Below, piece by piece: positions 51,331 through 63,700 of a DNA stretch of 64,000 nucleotides (its first letter is position 1; each line of letters opens with the position of its first letter). The stretch covers positions 21,576,001-21,640,000 of the forward strand of contig OX597837.1 in assembly GCA_951406725.2 (NCBI GenBank), in the 5' to 3' direction. A program made the position numbers and the translations under genes. Below the pieces are notes generated by a model, which did no database searches, had not been told where the DNA came from, and saw only the letters and a program-made list of their open reading frames with translations. Origin of the DNA: Octopus vulgaris. Taxonomy: Eukaryota.

Positions 51331-51424
51331 TATTTCATTCTACACGTGTTTCGAAAGGCACAAATTACCAAAATCCGATGGAATAATGGGACCATATTGT
51401 GTCTTTCTCTTCAGGAAGAAAATA
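51331..51424 (-). ncRNA. Type I hammerhead ribozyme (PLE E, copy 2)
   Basis: Identical motif 3622 bp from copy 1. Confidence 0.85.
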
Positions 51425-52007
51425 GGAAATCCGTTGGAAAAACAAAAACAGAACAGAGGCGGAGCAAAAACAAATCGAACTATGCTCCTAAGAGCCCATG
51501 GCGAAACTGTTTATCAGTGTATGTTGAGAACCGGTGGCTGAAGAATTCAACGGGTCAGGCATCGGTCAATCATGTGGGTGAGGGGGCGTAGATGTTCTTT
51601 GTGACCGAGAATAAAGTTCTAACTATTTAAGGAATATTGGATGTTTTATAAGGGGCGAGAAAAAATCTACTTAGAGACGTGTGTGTGTGTATACTGTTCT
51701 ATATACGTGTGTGTTGGCGTAGGGGTAGAAAACATTTTTTGTGTACGTGTGTGCGTTTGATCGTTCGGCTGTCAGTGGCTACTGCCGTGATGACCGTTGG
51801 GTGGCAGAAAAAAATATATATCATGTTTTATGTGTGTGTGTGTTCTCATTTAAGCCTGCCTTGTCAAGGAAACCCCCGCTGTGAAAAAACCAAGCCCCGT
51901 TTGTCTTACAGGAGTAATTCCCCTTGCAGTGGTTAATCGTAGATATCTTAAAGGCTATTTCAGAATTTGTTACCAAGGGCTATGGGTGCCGGTATTATTT
52001 ATAAACG

Positions 52008-54509
52008 CTATTTAAAAGCCAGATAAGTGTAACGCCGCCAATGGGGGCATCGAAAAGCCGACTGTAAAAGCCCGTTTACCATCCGGCCTCTAGCAAACAA
52101 AATATGGAAGAGTTCGGAGACACAAAGGTTGCACTGCCTTCTGCCCCTATCAAATGGGAGGGCCACCGACAAAATTGACCATTCCAGCCTGTAGCTTAAG
52201 TTCGTATCCTTCAGTCGCCATATTAGCTTACTGAGTCCCGTGGTCTGGCGCTTGTTCATGTCCCGAAAAGTTGCGTAATGGTTGGAGACACGCAAAGACA
52301 ATCTTGAGGATGAGGCCCCTACATAAGTGAAGACATCTGAGTCCGTGTAAACCTTGCATTGGTAGACGGCGTTTTTGATCTTGGAGTTCGCCGACGTGAA
52401 TCTAATTCTGCTAGGATTAGTTTCTGAAATTAGAACTGCGTTCCTGTCACTATATTCGTTCCGAGACCTGCAGCCGCTTACTACTCTATTTTCCACTACG
52501 TCACTATTAACTATAGGAATAACCCCTGATTCTCCACTATCTATCAAAGTGCTGTCATTGCTACTGCCCGTGGTGCTGCTATTGCGGGAAATGATGCTGG
52601 GGATGCTATTGGGGCTCTCTACCCTACTCCCATTGTTACCGTCAACCACAACACCCCTATTTATAACTATACCCCTAGTGGGTACTCCCTGGCTGGAGCT
52701 GAGATTATGTGTCACTGTACTGGCTCTCATATCATTATTACTACTATAATTATTCCTACTGAGCATTAAACCGGGAGCGGAAGAGGCTGTGCCTCCGGAA
52801 AAAGGTGATAGGGTCTTAGTAAGTAGCCTATTATTATGGGAGGCGATTATCTGGGCGAGGTTTTTAGTGTTGGAGAAAGCTATCCTAACTTTATGCGAGT
52901 TAACCGTGGAGTAATATTTGGAATTTCTGGGGAAGTTATTGGCGATGGCTTGTCTAAACATGAGGGGGAGGTTAGTTCTAATCTGCTTACCAAAGGGGAT
53001 TACAAACCATATATGCTTATTCCTATCAGTGTGGTGGATCGGGACGCCAGCTCTCGCATTCGGGTGGGTGATTCTCGGATGAATGACGGGTCTTGGGTTA
53101 GTGTAAGACCTCCCGGACCGATAATTATCCTTGTTCGCTAAATTAAATGCGGGAGCGACTACCCCGGCATCCACCGCGCTCCCGTCCTTACTTAAAATGT
53201 TAATGTTATTATATACGGCCCTATCCTGATGACCGAATGATGGCATCGGAAGGGCCGGATCAATATAAATTACCTTCTGCCTATAACCGGCCTTGGATAG
53301 TGCGGCGTTATAAAATTCCGCCTTCTGCATAAAAATATCGGCACTGGCGGACAAGCCAGACAATCTTAGAGAGATGTTTTTAACCAAATTGTCTGTTACG
53401 GTTTTGGCATGATTTGAGAAGACACTGACATACTTCAAATTAGTGGAAGGCTTATGGTAAGGGCAGTATGAGTCGCTATTAAGGTTAAGTGTAACGTCTA
53501 GGAAATTGGCCTTGGTGAGTTCATTATCAAAAACTATACTCATGCCCATTCTATTAAAAAACCTAGCTAACCTGCTCTTAGTTTTCTGCACTATTCTGTT
53601 CGTGGTGTTTTGCAGGTAAAACAGACAATCGTCACGATACAGGCCGCCCGCGATCTCCGGGAATTGGTCGGACAATTCGTAGAGAATATATATTCCGACC
53701 AAATCGGCTATCTGCGCACTATCCGAACTACCCATAGGCACATCAAATTCATTGGGAGTATCTTTACGGATCCACAACTTATTATCAAACTTAATAAACG
53801 ATTTCCTGGCAACTAAAATGATATCTATCTCTTCTCTGGTGAGGCCAGCCTTGTTGTGAGCATGCCAGAGGGCCTTATTTAGCACACTAGGGTTAATCGA
53901 GGGGTAGAAGCTGGCGATATCAAACTGAATGAACCTAGTACGGTTCTTATTGGGGATGGAAGAGAACCACTTCACTACCTGCGAGGAGTTGGCCCAGAGG
54001 CTGAGCTTCAGCTTGTTTACTAAACTAGGGATATATTTATCTAAAATGTACTTACTGATTATCCCGATATCAGATCTAGCAGGGCATATGAGTCTTAGCG
54101 CTGGGTTGGTGTGGAAGTTCGGTTTATGGTCCTTCACTATAAATCTGGGTTGCTTAGGGCTAAGCGGCTGAGTTCTCATTTGAATTCGGTGTTTAAATAT
54201 TATTTCCTTAATTTCCAAGTTTACCTTCCTCAGGGTACTCCAATTGGTTTTTCTATAATTTTTCTTGATCTCTTTACCGAGTAAATCTAGGTACTGCTTA
54301 ATGGGCATCTTGTATGTGTTCCTGGTCTTGTCGGACTGGACCAGGACTCCGTCCGTTCTATTAATGTCCTTGGTAATTTTATCTAGGTATCTGAGGTGGG
54401 CATTTCTCCTGGGTGACTTCCTGAACTTAATCTTTCTAACTATGTCCCACAAGTCGTCCTCAAACTTCTTCAGTCTTGGGTTAGGTGGCGGCGTATCCAA
54501 TGTTTTAAA
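52008..54509 (-). CDS. 5'-truncated second copy of the PLE E ORF
   Basis: Same protein as 48386-51073 from about residue 64 onward; cut off by the inverted pseudo-LTR. Confidence 0.88.
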   Translation of the reverse strand, partial: FKTLDTPPPNPRLKKFEDDLWDIVRKIKFRKSPRRNAHLRYLDKITKDINRTDGVLVQSDKTRNTYKMPIKQYLDLLGKEIKKNYRKTNWSTLRKVNLEIKEIIFKHRIQMRTQPLSPKQPRFIVKDHKPNFHTNPALRLICPARSDIGIISKYILDKYIPSLVNKLKLSLWANSSQVVKWFSSIPNKNRTRFIQFDIASFYPSINPSVLNKALWHAHNKAGLTREEIDIILVARKSFIKFDNKLWIRKDTPNEFDVPMGSSDSAQIADLVGIYILYELSDQFPEIAGGLYRDDCLFYLQNTTNRIVQKTKSRLARFFNRMGMSIVFDNELTKANFLDVTLNLNSDSYCPYHKPSTNLKYVSVFSNHAKTVTDNLVKNISLRLSGLSASADIFMQKAEFYNAALSKAGYRQKVIYIDPALPMPSFGHQDRAVYNNINILSKDGSAVDAGVVAPAFNLANKDNYRSGRSYTNPRPVIHPRITHPNARAGVPIHHTDRNKHIWFVIPFGKQIRTNLPLMFRQAIANNFPRNSKYYSTVNSHKVRIAFSNTKNLAQIIASHNNRLLTKTLSPFSGGTASSAPGLMLSRNNYSSNNDMRASTVTHNLSSSQGVPTRGIVINRGVVVDGNNGSRVESPNSIPSIISRNSSTTGSSNDSTLIDSGESGVIPIVNSDVVENRVVSGCRSRNEYSDRNAVLISETNPSRIRFTSANSKIKNAVYQCKVYTDSDVFTYVGASSSRLSLRVSNHYATFRDMNKRQTTGLSKLIWRLKDTNLSYRLEWSILSVALPFDRGRRQCNLCVSELFHILFARGRMVNGLLQSAFRCPHWRRYTYLAFK

Positions 54510-54978
54510 ATGTTTTTTTCACAGCGGGGGGTTTCCTTGACAAGGCAGGCTTAAATGAGAACACACACACACATAAAACATGATATATATTTTTTTCTGC
54601 CACCCAACGGTCATCACGGCAGTAGCCACTGACAGCCGAACGATCAAACGCACACACGTACACAAAAATGTTTTCTACCCCTACGCCAACACACACGTAT
54701 ATAGAACAGTATACACACACACACGTCTCTAAGTAGATTTTTTCTCGCCCCTTATAAAACATCCAATATTCCTTAAATAGTTAGAACTTTATTCTCGGTC
54801 ACAAAGAACATCTACGCCCCCTCATCCACATGATTGACCGATGCCTGACCCGTTGAATTCTTCAGCCACCGGTTCTCAACATACACTGATAAACAGTTTC
54901 GCCATGGGCTCTTAGGAGCATAGTTCGATTTGTTTTTGCTCCGCCTCTGTTCTGTTTTTGTTTTTCCAACGGATTTCC

Positions 54979-55072
54979 TATTTTCTTCCTGAAGAGAAAG
55001 ACACAATATGGTCCCATTATTCCATCGGATTTTGGTAATTTGTGCCTTTCGAAACACGTGTAGAATGAAATA
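54979..55072 (+). ncRNA. Type I hammerhead ribozyme (PLE E, inverted pseudo-LTR)
   Basis: CTGAAGA 54989-54995, GAAA 55051-55054, cleavage triplet GTA 55060-55062. Confidence 0.85.
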
Positions 55073-55127
55073 AAACGATTTCTGTTCAATCTGCGTTCAG
55101 CTCCATTTCTTCAATTCACCAATAATG

Positions 55128-55161
<34 letters not shown>

Positions 55162-57687
55162 CTCAAAATTTGGGGGGAGGGGAACAGTCGATTAGATCAA
55201 CCCCAGTATGCAACTGATACTTAATTTTATCAACCCTTAAAGGATGAAAGGCAAAGTTGACGTCAGCGGAACGTAACAGAATACCGCTAAGCATTTCGCC
55301 TGGCGTGCTAACATTTCTGCCAGCTCACCATATATATATAAATTTAATTAGAGTTTGTGTTAACCTCATGAAAAGATGGTTTCACCCAAGGAAATATTGG
55401 TTTAATATCTAGTATTTTGTGGGAAAGAATTTCCTTCAAATAATAGGTATATATAAAAACATATAGTTTATATTCATTTAAAAGAAGAAAATGGAGATTG
55501 GGATTCGAAACCTAGGTCCTAGATTGTTTATTTTTCATTCCAGTAGGTCACATGACCTTGTGATTAGCCAAACTTGTTGTTTGTATTGGTCAGTTTCCAG
55601 CTCTCCAATGGTGTTGGCGCAACAGTTTGTTTCTCCTTACGCAGAAAATTAATCACCAGCTCTGGAGAGCCTACTATTCTCTATAAGAACGGTAGTTCTC
55701 GACTGCTCAGGGTCTTTGGCATACGCAACTCGTCTCCAGCAACATTGTATCTGACACCAGCCAGTCTCCGCTTTCATCTTCTACACCAGACACATGCCTA
55801 CATTGTTGCTGAATGAAGACCACACGACCAACAGAGCAACGGCTGCCTCAACACACTACCAAGCAGTAGGTCAACTTTGTCTACAACATCAACAGTCCAG
55901 CCTAGCCACGAAGTTCTCTCACACATCTTTGTAATAACCTGTTATGTTAATTCCTGTATGGCAATCATTGTATTTTATAACGGAGAATAAATCATCACTT
56001 ACCAGTTATTTTCATCTTACGTTGTATATCATTTTTACATTCTCATTTACCATCTTCGTTATAACAGAAATGGTTGTAAGTGAAAATGACCAATTTGCAG
56101 GTTGATATGATAGGGTAGAACCAGACATATTTGTCTCTGTGAGCATTGGTCATTCAGTGGTGTCTCTCTCTCTCTTTTACTGGTTTCAGTCATTTTGACT
56201 CCGGCCATGCTGGAGCACCGCCTTTAGTCGAGCAAATCGACCCCGGGACTTATTCTTTGTAAGCCCAGTACTTATTCTTTTGCCGAACCGCTAAGTGACG
56301 GGGATGTAAACACACCAGCATCGGTTGTCAAGTGATGGCGGGGGAACAAACACAGACACACAAACATATACACACACATACATATATATATACATATATA
56401 CGACGGGTTTCTTTCAGTTTCCGTCTACCAAATCCACTCACAAGGCTTTGGTCGGCCCGAGGTTATAGTAGAAGACACTTGCCCAAGGTGCCACGCAGTG
56501 GGACTGAACCCAGAACGATGTGGTTGGTTAGCAAGCTACTTACCACACAGCCACTCCTGCGCCTGTTTATGTTCTGTGATAGCGACTGTCGTTCATGTTG
56601 AATACCAGAATCTCTGTTGTCAGTTTAACTGGCGAAGTTATGGGCTGGCTGTCTCTCTCTCTCTCTCACTGATCGTCTGTCTCTGAATCTGTCCCTTCAC
56701 GGATTGCTGTATTTATAATAGTTGTAACAGCTAGAAGGACAAACATACCACAGGAGAAATTCCTACCTATGTAGGTCACCTCCTGCCCACTTGAACCTTA
56801 AATGACATGGCCGAGGTCGAAGGGAAATAATCCATAATTTTTTTGACAGGACAAAAAAAATTCTTTAATGTCTGTTTGGTCAGTGGTGGATCAGACGAGC
56901 AAGAATCCTTAGATTTGGTTTCAAATCTCAGCTCGGAAAAAGGAAGAGTTAGTTTTTACACACCGAACTGACTTTCTTATTGGGGTGGCAAGTGTCATGT
57001 ATTGAACTCCTAGTCAATATACAACAAATACTGTTCATTTGTTTAAATAAAAAACGTCAGTCACATGACATGCACGAGTTTTGTGAACTTGTCAGGTTTT
57101 TTCTTCTTGTATTTATTGCAATTAAAATAAATGGACACACACAGTTGATTCCATCTATACTGGATTACAGTTGATATTGTTACCCTTTCTCATATGTTCT
57201 GCTGTTGGTTATGCTTCTGCTACGGCAAGATAGAAATTTGCAGTTTACGGCTATTTACTCTTTTACTTGTTTCAGTCATGTGACTGTGGCCATGCTGCAG
57301 CACCGCCTTTAGTCGAGCAAATCGACCCTGGGACTTATTCTTTGTAAGCTTAGTACTTATTCTATCGATATCTTTTACCGAACTGCTAAGTGACGGTTGT
57401 CAAACGATATTGGTGGGGACAAATACAGACACACAAACACATATATTATACATATATATGAGGGCTTCTTTTCAGTTTCCATCTACCAAATCCATTCACA
57501 AGGCTTTGGTCAGCCCGAGGCTATAGTAGAAGACACTTGCCCAAGGTGCCACACAGTGGGACTGAACCCGGAACCATGTGGTTCATAAGCAAGCTACTTA
57601 CCACACAGCCACTCCTATGCCTACTATTTGAGTTTCCTACCCTTTCACTCTTGTTAAACAGTTTGGCACCCAACTCATGGTGGATCA

Positions 57688-57925
57688 CAGCCTTCAAGCA
57701 AGACAGGTGACAGCAGACCACAGTTAGCCTTCGAGCAAGACAGGCTGCAAGAGACTGCAGTTAACCTTCAAGTAAGGCAGGTTGTAGTTGACTACAGCTA
57801 GTCTTCAAGCAAGATAGTTCACAGCAGATCTCAATTAGCTTTCAATTAAGAAATATCACAGCAGACTACAGCTAGCCTTCAAGCAAGACAGTTTACAGCA
57901 GATCAATGCAAGCTTTCAACTGAGA
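57688..57925. repeat. Degenerate minisatellite, about 6 units of ~38-39 bp
   Basis: agccttcaagcaagacag..acagcagac.acag.t repeated. Confidence 0.65.
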
Positions 57926-60294
57926 TATGGTTCCCTCCTTCAACCTTCAACAATGTGTGGTGGTATTAGTTTCTGTATTTTTCTCTTCCAGATAGCTAAT
58001 GTTTAAGCCGGTGGTCTGCAAAAGGTAGTACTGGGAGACCGTGAACTAAATTCAAAATTTCATATATATATATATATATATATATTTATAAAGATAAGAA
58101 TATCTTGGGGTCCATGGGAAAACTCATTTACATAAAAGGGTCCTTGATAGTAAAAAGTTTGGGAACCACTGGTCTAAGCCAATGCAGTAAATCTATTCCT
58201 ACTTACTGTTCTGATGAGAAAATCTATGGTAATTTGCATATTTATATGTGCAGTTTTCTATCAATAAAATATGATTGAATGTTCGTTAGTTTGCTTATTC
58301 GTAATACATGCAATCAGCCTGAATTTTCGTTCAGTTTATGAATACAGCATCCTTCTCTCTAGTTGTCAACCAACAACGTGGTGATGATCGTCAGCACACA
58401 TGTGCAAGCCCCCAACAAAGTCTATGAACAGGAGGCAAATCATTCAAGGGACGTAACTCAGGTCAACTAGCCAATCAATTAAAAATGAGTACCAGTCTGT
58501 GGTTGAGATAACTGGTTAAAATGCTTAAAGGCTGTACCCTAGCATGGCTGTAGGCCAATGACGGACACCAGTAAAAGAATATATATAATAAAATGAAGCA
58601 GATAAAGAGAGCTGACCCTTGGTCTGTACAGGGAACTTATTTTAGATATTTTATTTCCTACTATAGAGATAAGAGAATTGGAAGGTGAGATGCTGATGTC
58701 CTCTTCAGAGATATTAGCATACATAAGTGATTAAAAATGGCCTAAACAAGGAATCAAAGGCCGTTTGCAAAATCATTTCACGTATGTAAGCTACAAAAGA
58801 GAAGTAGAATAGATCTTTGGTCCTTGAACAAGACCAGTTTTTGCTGATGGCTGCATATACAGCAAAAGTCCCTTATAAACTATCCAACCATGCTTTATGC
58901 ATGTCTTGATTGCGGGATGGGCTAAATTGTCTTAAAACCTTATATACCAAGGATGATACCAGTATTGCTCAACTGGTACAAGAGTAGATAATCTACTAAA
59001 ACTCAATATAATTATTTTTCATATTTCATTTTCTATAAAGCAGTGAACTGGCAGAACCGTTAGCAGGCCGGACAAAATGCTTAACCATATTTCTCCCTGT
59101 CAAGTTTTGTAATTTGCTTGGCACAGGTATAGGAACAATGATCAATCATCAACTCATTATTCTGAAGTTACATTTTGAGTTCAAATTCCACAAAAGGTTG
59201 ACTTTGCTTTCCATCCTTTCAGAGTCAATAAAATAAGTACCAGTTTAGTACTGGAATTGTTGTAATTGACTTACCTCCCTCCTCCAAACTTGCTGGCCTT
59301 GTGTCAAAATTTGAAGCCAAAGGCGTTGAGCTGGTACAACTGTTAGCATGCGGAGCAAAACACTTAATGGAATTTCATCTGTCTTTACATTCTCAGTTCA
59401 AATTCTGCCAAGGTCAACCTTACCTTTCACCCTTCTTGACTAAATTCAAAAGTCAGTTTCTATTGTTGGTTCTGTTTTGACTGTTAAACTTCAACCCAGT
59501 CTTTCATTGCAGAAACATGGCTTCTTCATCTTTGTTCTATAAATATTTCTATAGAGCCATTGTTCCACTGAACTTCCTTGTCTTTGAGTAACTAAACTTT
59601 TTACTAATTCTTGTCCTTTTATTGTTGTTTTTCTCTGCTTGTAAGAAACATTTCCACTCTCATATTTTCTTTCCTCAAATACCTATCTTATGGAACTCTC
59701 TTCTTTCTGGTTTCCCTGATAGATATAATATTGATTGTTTTAAATATTGTTAATTGTTTAATTGTTTTTAGAGCAGCATCTCATTGGATTCTATCACCAC
59801 AACCACTCCTGACTTTTTTTTTTTTTTTGTAGTTTCCAACAATCTAAGTAGTTGGACAAGGTTTATTTTATTGCTACTACTTATCACTTTATTGGGAGTG
59901 ATTTCTAATTAAAAGAACATTTTTGAAAAGTCAATAATTCTTCCTTTTTAACAGGGTGCTGAGAATGGAGATTTAGTTGTTATTTCTAGCAGATCAATCA
60001 ATCACATAAAGCTCCCTCATTGGATCACTAATATAATAAGTAAATGAGAACAGTGAATTAATTGAACAAAATATTTTGTGGCATTATTTAATTTACAATC
60101 TGAGTTAAATCCTAATCATGTTCAACTTTGATTTTTTTATCCTTCAAGGTGTAGGCAAGAGAGAGATTGATAATATTTACCTCTGCATCTCCTCCAAAAG
60201 GCATAACCTTGTGCCAATTTTAAAAATATCTGTGTTTCCCGAGGGAGACAAAGATTCTTAATTCTTGAAAATTATTTGAAAAATAGTCTCTAAA

Positions 60295-60724
60295 TACAGG
60301 ATCGTTCATAAATTATCTTTACAATTTCTACAATTTATCGTAACTATTAACCATTTAGATTAACTCTGTTAAATATGCTTCTTTATTCAAATTGTTTTGA
60401 AATTAACCATGCATTATTTATAGCTTTTAGGTTCTGATGATGTAATTGTTTATTTTTAGAATGTTAGTGTAGGTTAGGTGTGAAAGGCTGGATATGGTGA
60501 GTTTAAACATGAAACGTAGAATATTTGGGCCAGATATGGCCAATTTAAATGCTAAAGGGTTATCAACGTTGCAACCAATGGAACCCATGTGTGGAAGTGT
60601 CCTGATGTTTCTAAAACTTTATTTGCCTATGTTTTCCAATAAACTCTGCTAGGTTATCCTTATTTTTAATTTTTTTTCTTCTGAATTTTTCAAATTGTAA
60701 ACATAATTTATGGACACCCTGTAT
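60295..60724. mobile_element. Tc1/mariner-type MITE interrupted by a piggyBac-type MITE; relative at about 2385-2963
   Basis: TA-cagg..cataaattatctttacaattt ... aaattgtaaacataatttatggacaccctg-TA. Confidence 0.55.
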
Positions 60725-63700
60725 TTTTTGAGAAGAAAAATGACAGGAAAACTCTAAGATAATTTCAGTCATTGGAGTAGGATTTAAAAGCTTAATCATC
60801 TTCTTTTCAGTAATTCTAGAGAAAGAGCACATTCAGGAATAGCACCCCACCACATCCTGCTCCCCCATTGGTTTACAAAAGAACTTCAATAAAACCCTGC
60901 AACCCAAAAAAACATTTATCAAGTTCAGTGTTGCTGCTCTTTGCGATTACAAATCTATACCACAATACAGTTCTAACTTAGAGTTTAAAAAATTTTTCAT
61001 TTATTTTTTTCTGTCATGCACTTTATAAACAATAGCATCATTGTTCATTTTTGGTTGTTTCCTTTTGGTTTGTTTGTGGGTTGTTTTTTTTCTTAATTAG
61101 GCCAATTACAGGTTCACTGCATTTCCAATGGCAAGAATAACAATGGAGTGTTTGTGTGAAACTTAGGCAGAAACAAATACCACAAGGTATTTCTATTTGA
61201 TCCGCTGGTCTATAGGCAATTTTTTCACCAATGTACTTATGCCAACATATTAAGGGTAGCATTGAGAAAGCTGTAGAAACACTTTAATAAATTTCTTCAC
61301 ATTACAGAGACAACACTGTGTAGCATGATTTTTATCCTTGGGTAGCAACTGTTATTTCCTATTTGCTTATCCCTAGAAAGCATGGAAAATGGTTAATGTT
61401 TCCTTCAAACTTTACTTTTCTTACATTTATTCATAGAAGAAATAGCTAACTCTTGTATATAAATACTGATGTCAGTTGATGATATATACTCTCTCTTTTA
61501 CTCTTTTACTTGTTTCAGTCATTTGACTGCGGCCATGCTGGAGCACCGCCTTTTAGTCGAGCAACTTGACCCCGGGACTTATTCTTTGTAAGCCCAGTAC
61601 TTATTCTATCGGTCTCTTTTTGCCGAACCGCTAAGTGACGGGGACGTAAACACACCAGCATCGGTTGTCAAGCAATGCTAGGGGGACAAACACACTTATA
61701 TATATATATATACACATATATACGACTAAAGGTGGTGCTCCAGCATGGCCACAGTCAAATGACTGAAACGAGTAAAAGAGTAAATAGCACAGAAATTCCT
61801 TTGTTGTGTTCACCACCAGAAATTCAGTAGCCCTTTGGAAACCCTTAACCAACAGGTGTCTGTTATTGTTCACAAAATGCATGGTCATCATCATCATCAT
61901 CACTGTTTTAACATCCACATTTCCATGCTTGCATGGATCAGATGAAATTTGATGAGGCAGATTTTCTATAACTGGATGCCTTTCCTGCTGCCAATCCTCA
62001 CCTATTTCCAAATTGAGTAATATAATCAAAATCGAAATCGATCAACATCAATGGAAATTGTAGCTGTGATACCAGTGCCGGTAGCACGTAAGAGAACCAT
62101 CCGAACATGGCCGTTGCCAGCACCGCCCCGACTGGCCTCCGTGCTGGTGGTACGTAAAAAGCACCATCCGATTGTAGCCGTTTGCCAAGCACCATCCGAT
62201 CGTAGCTGTTTGCCAGCCTCCCCTGGCACGTAAAAAGCACCCACTACACTCTCAGAGTGGTTGGCATTAGGAAGGGCATCCAGCTGTAGAAACACTGCCA
62301 GATCAGACTGGGCCTGGTGCAGCCTTCTGGCTTCCCAGACCCCAGTTGAACCGTCCAACCCATGCTAGTATGGAAAACGGGCATTAAATGATGATGATGA
62401 TGATATTCCCATAGCCAGACATGGTTTTCACAGAGGACTGGAAACAAGAACTTCATTTGTATGATGATCATCATCATTTTACAACCATCCTGTAATGTCT
62501 AAACAAGATTACACACATACAAACATATACGATCATCATCATCATCATCATCATCACCATTTTCAATGCTGGCATGGGTTGCATGGTTCGACAAGAATTG
62601 GTAAGCTAGAAGACAGCACCAGGCTCTGTCTGCTTTGGCATGGTTTCTAGGGTTGGATGCCCTTCCAAATACCCATCATTTTACAGAGTGTACAGGTTGC
62701 TTTTAACATGGCCCACAGCACTGGTGGAGTTATCAAGTAAGTTGCAAGACAAAAGACCCTCAACTGGGAGGGGGTGTAGTATCAAGGGGAAGTGGCTTTG
62801 TGCCAGTTGACAGAGGTTAAAGTACGATAAAGGGTCAGAGACAGGGGGCTTGCTGTTGAGGAAATACAGAGGTAGTCTTGTTAAAAATGGAAGGAGAGAT
62901 TTAGAGAGAAAAATAGGACAGAGAGAGAGAGAGAGAGTTGGTAATGGGTATGAGGGGGTGGGAGCACACACAGACCCTCAAGGTAAAGTGGGGGTGGGCA
63001 GGGTGAGAGAGCAGAGGTGATTGAGGGGAAAGTTTCATAAGATGGTGAGGAGAGCTGGTGGTAGAGGTGTCTGTAGCAAGTGATGGTGAGAGATACAGGA
63101 GTGGCCGGGGGGGGGGGCTATGGTAGATATGGGAGAGCATAGAGAGTGACAGCAGATAAGGGAGGTGTGAAAGATGGAGTATGGCAGAGAGGAGAGGAAG
63201 CAATAGCTGAAGGAACAGAAAGGAGGTGATTGGTGGATATAGAGGGCAGGGGAGATAATGAGAAATGGAAGTGGTTCCATTGGGGAAGAGGAAAGTTACC
63301 AAAAAGGGAGGGGGTGTAGCATTTGCCTATTCTGCTCTCAGGTGATTACAGCAGCCCAGTAGTACCATAGATTGAAAAGTGATGAGAGAGAGAGAGAGAG
63401 AGAGTGTGTGTGTGTGTGTGTGTCTGTTATCTTCTACTTGTTCCAGTAATTTTACTGCAGCCATGCTGGAGCACTGCTTTGAAGGGTTTTAATCAAACAA
63501 ATCAACCCCAGGATATATTTTTTACGCCTGGTATTTATTCTATCAGTTTTTTTTTTGTTGAACTGCTAAGTTGCAAGGATGTAAGAACACCAACACCGGA
63601 TGTCAAGCAGTGGAGGGGGACAAACACAGACATACACATACATACATACAGATATATACACACACACACACACGATGGGCTTCTATCAGTTTCCATTGAC

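Larger units (their letters stand above)
47499..55129 (-). mobile_element. Penelope-like retroelement E: partial tandem (3622-bp period) with 5' inverted pseudo-LTR, inserted in (TA)n
   Basis: The sequence starting at 47499 recurs from 51121 to about 54510. 54511-55129 is the reverse complement of about 47652-48269. (TA)n runs flank both ends. Confidence 0.95.

Noticed and set aside
55480-56066. Possible solo LTR (TATA-like tataag, AATAAA near 55986, ends ..AACA)
   Set aside because: No matching TG start with a target-site duplication found, and no second copy in the window
57688-57925. Regularly spaced repeats resembling a CRISPR array or repeat-protein exon
   Set aside because: Degenerate head-to-tail units without unique spacers, in a eukaryotic context; the frame I checked has stops
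60840-61260. Possible decayed coding sequence on the - strand; similar patches at 58700-58900 and 59450-59720
   Set aside because: Multiple stops and no motif I can assign with confidence
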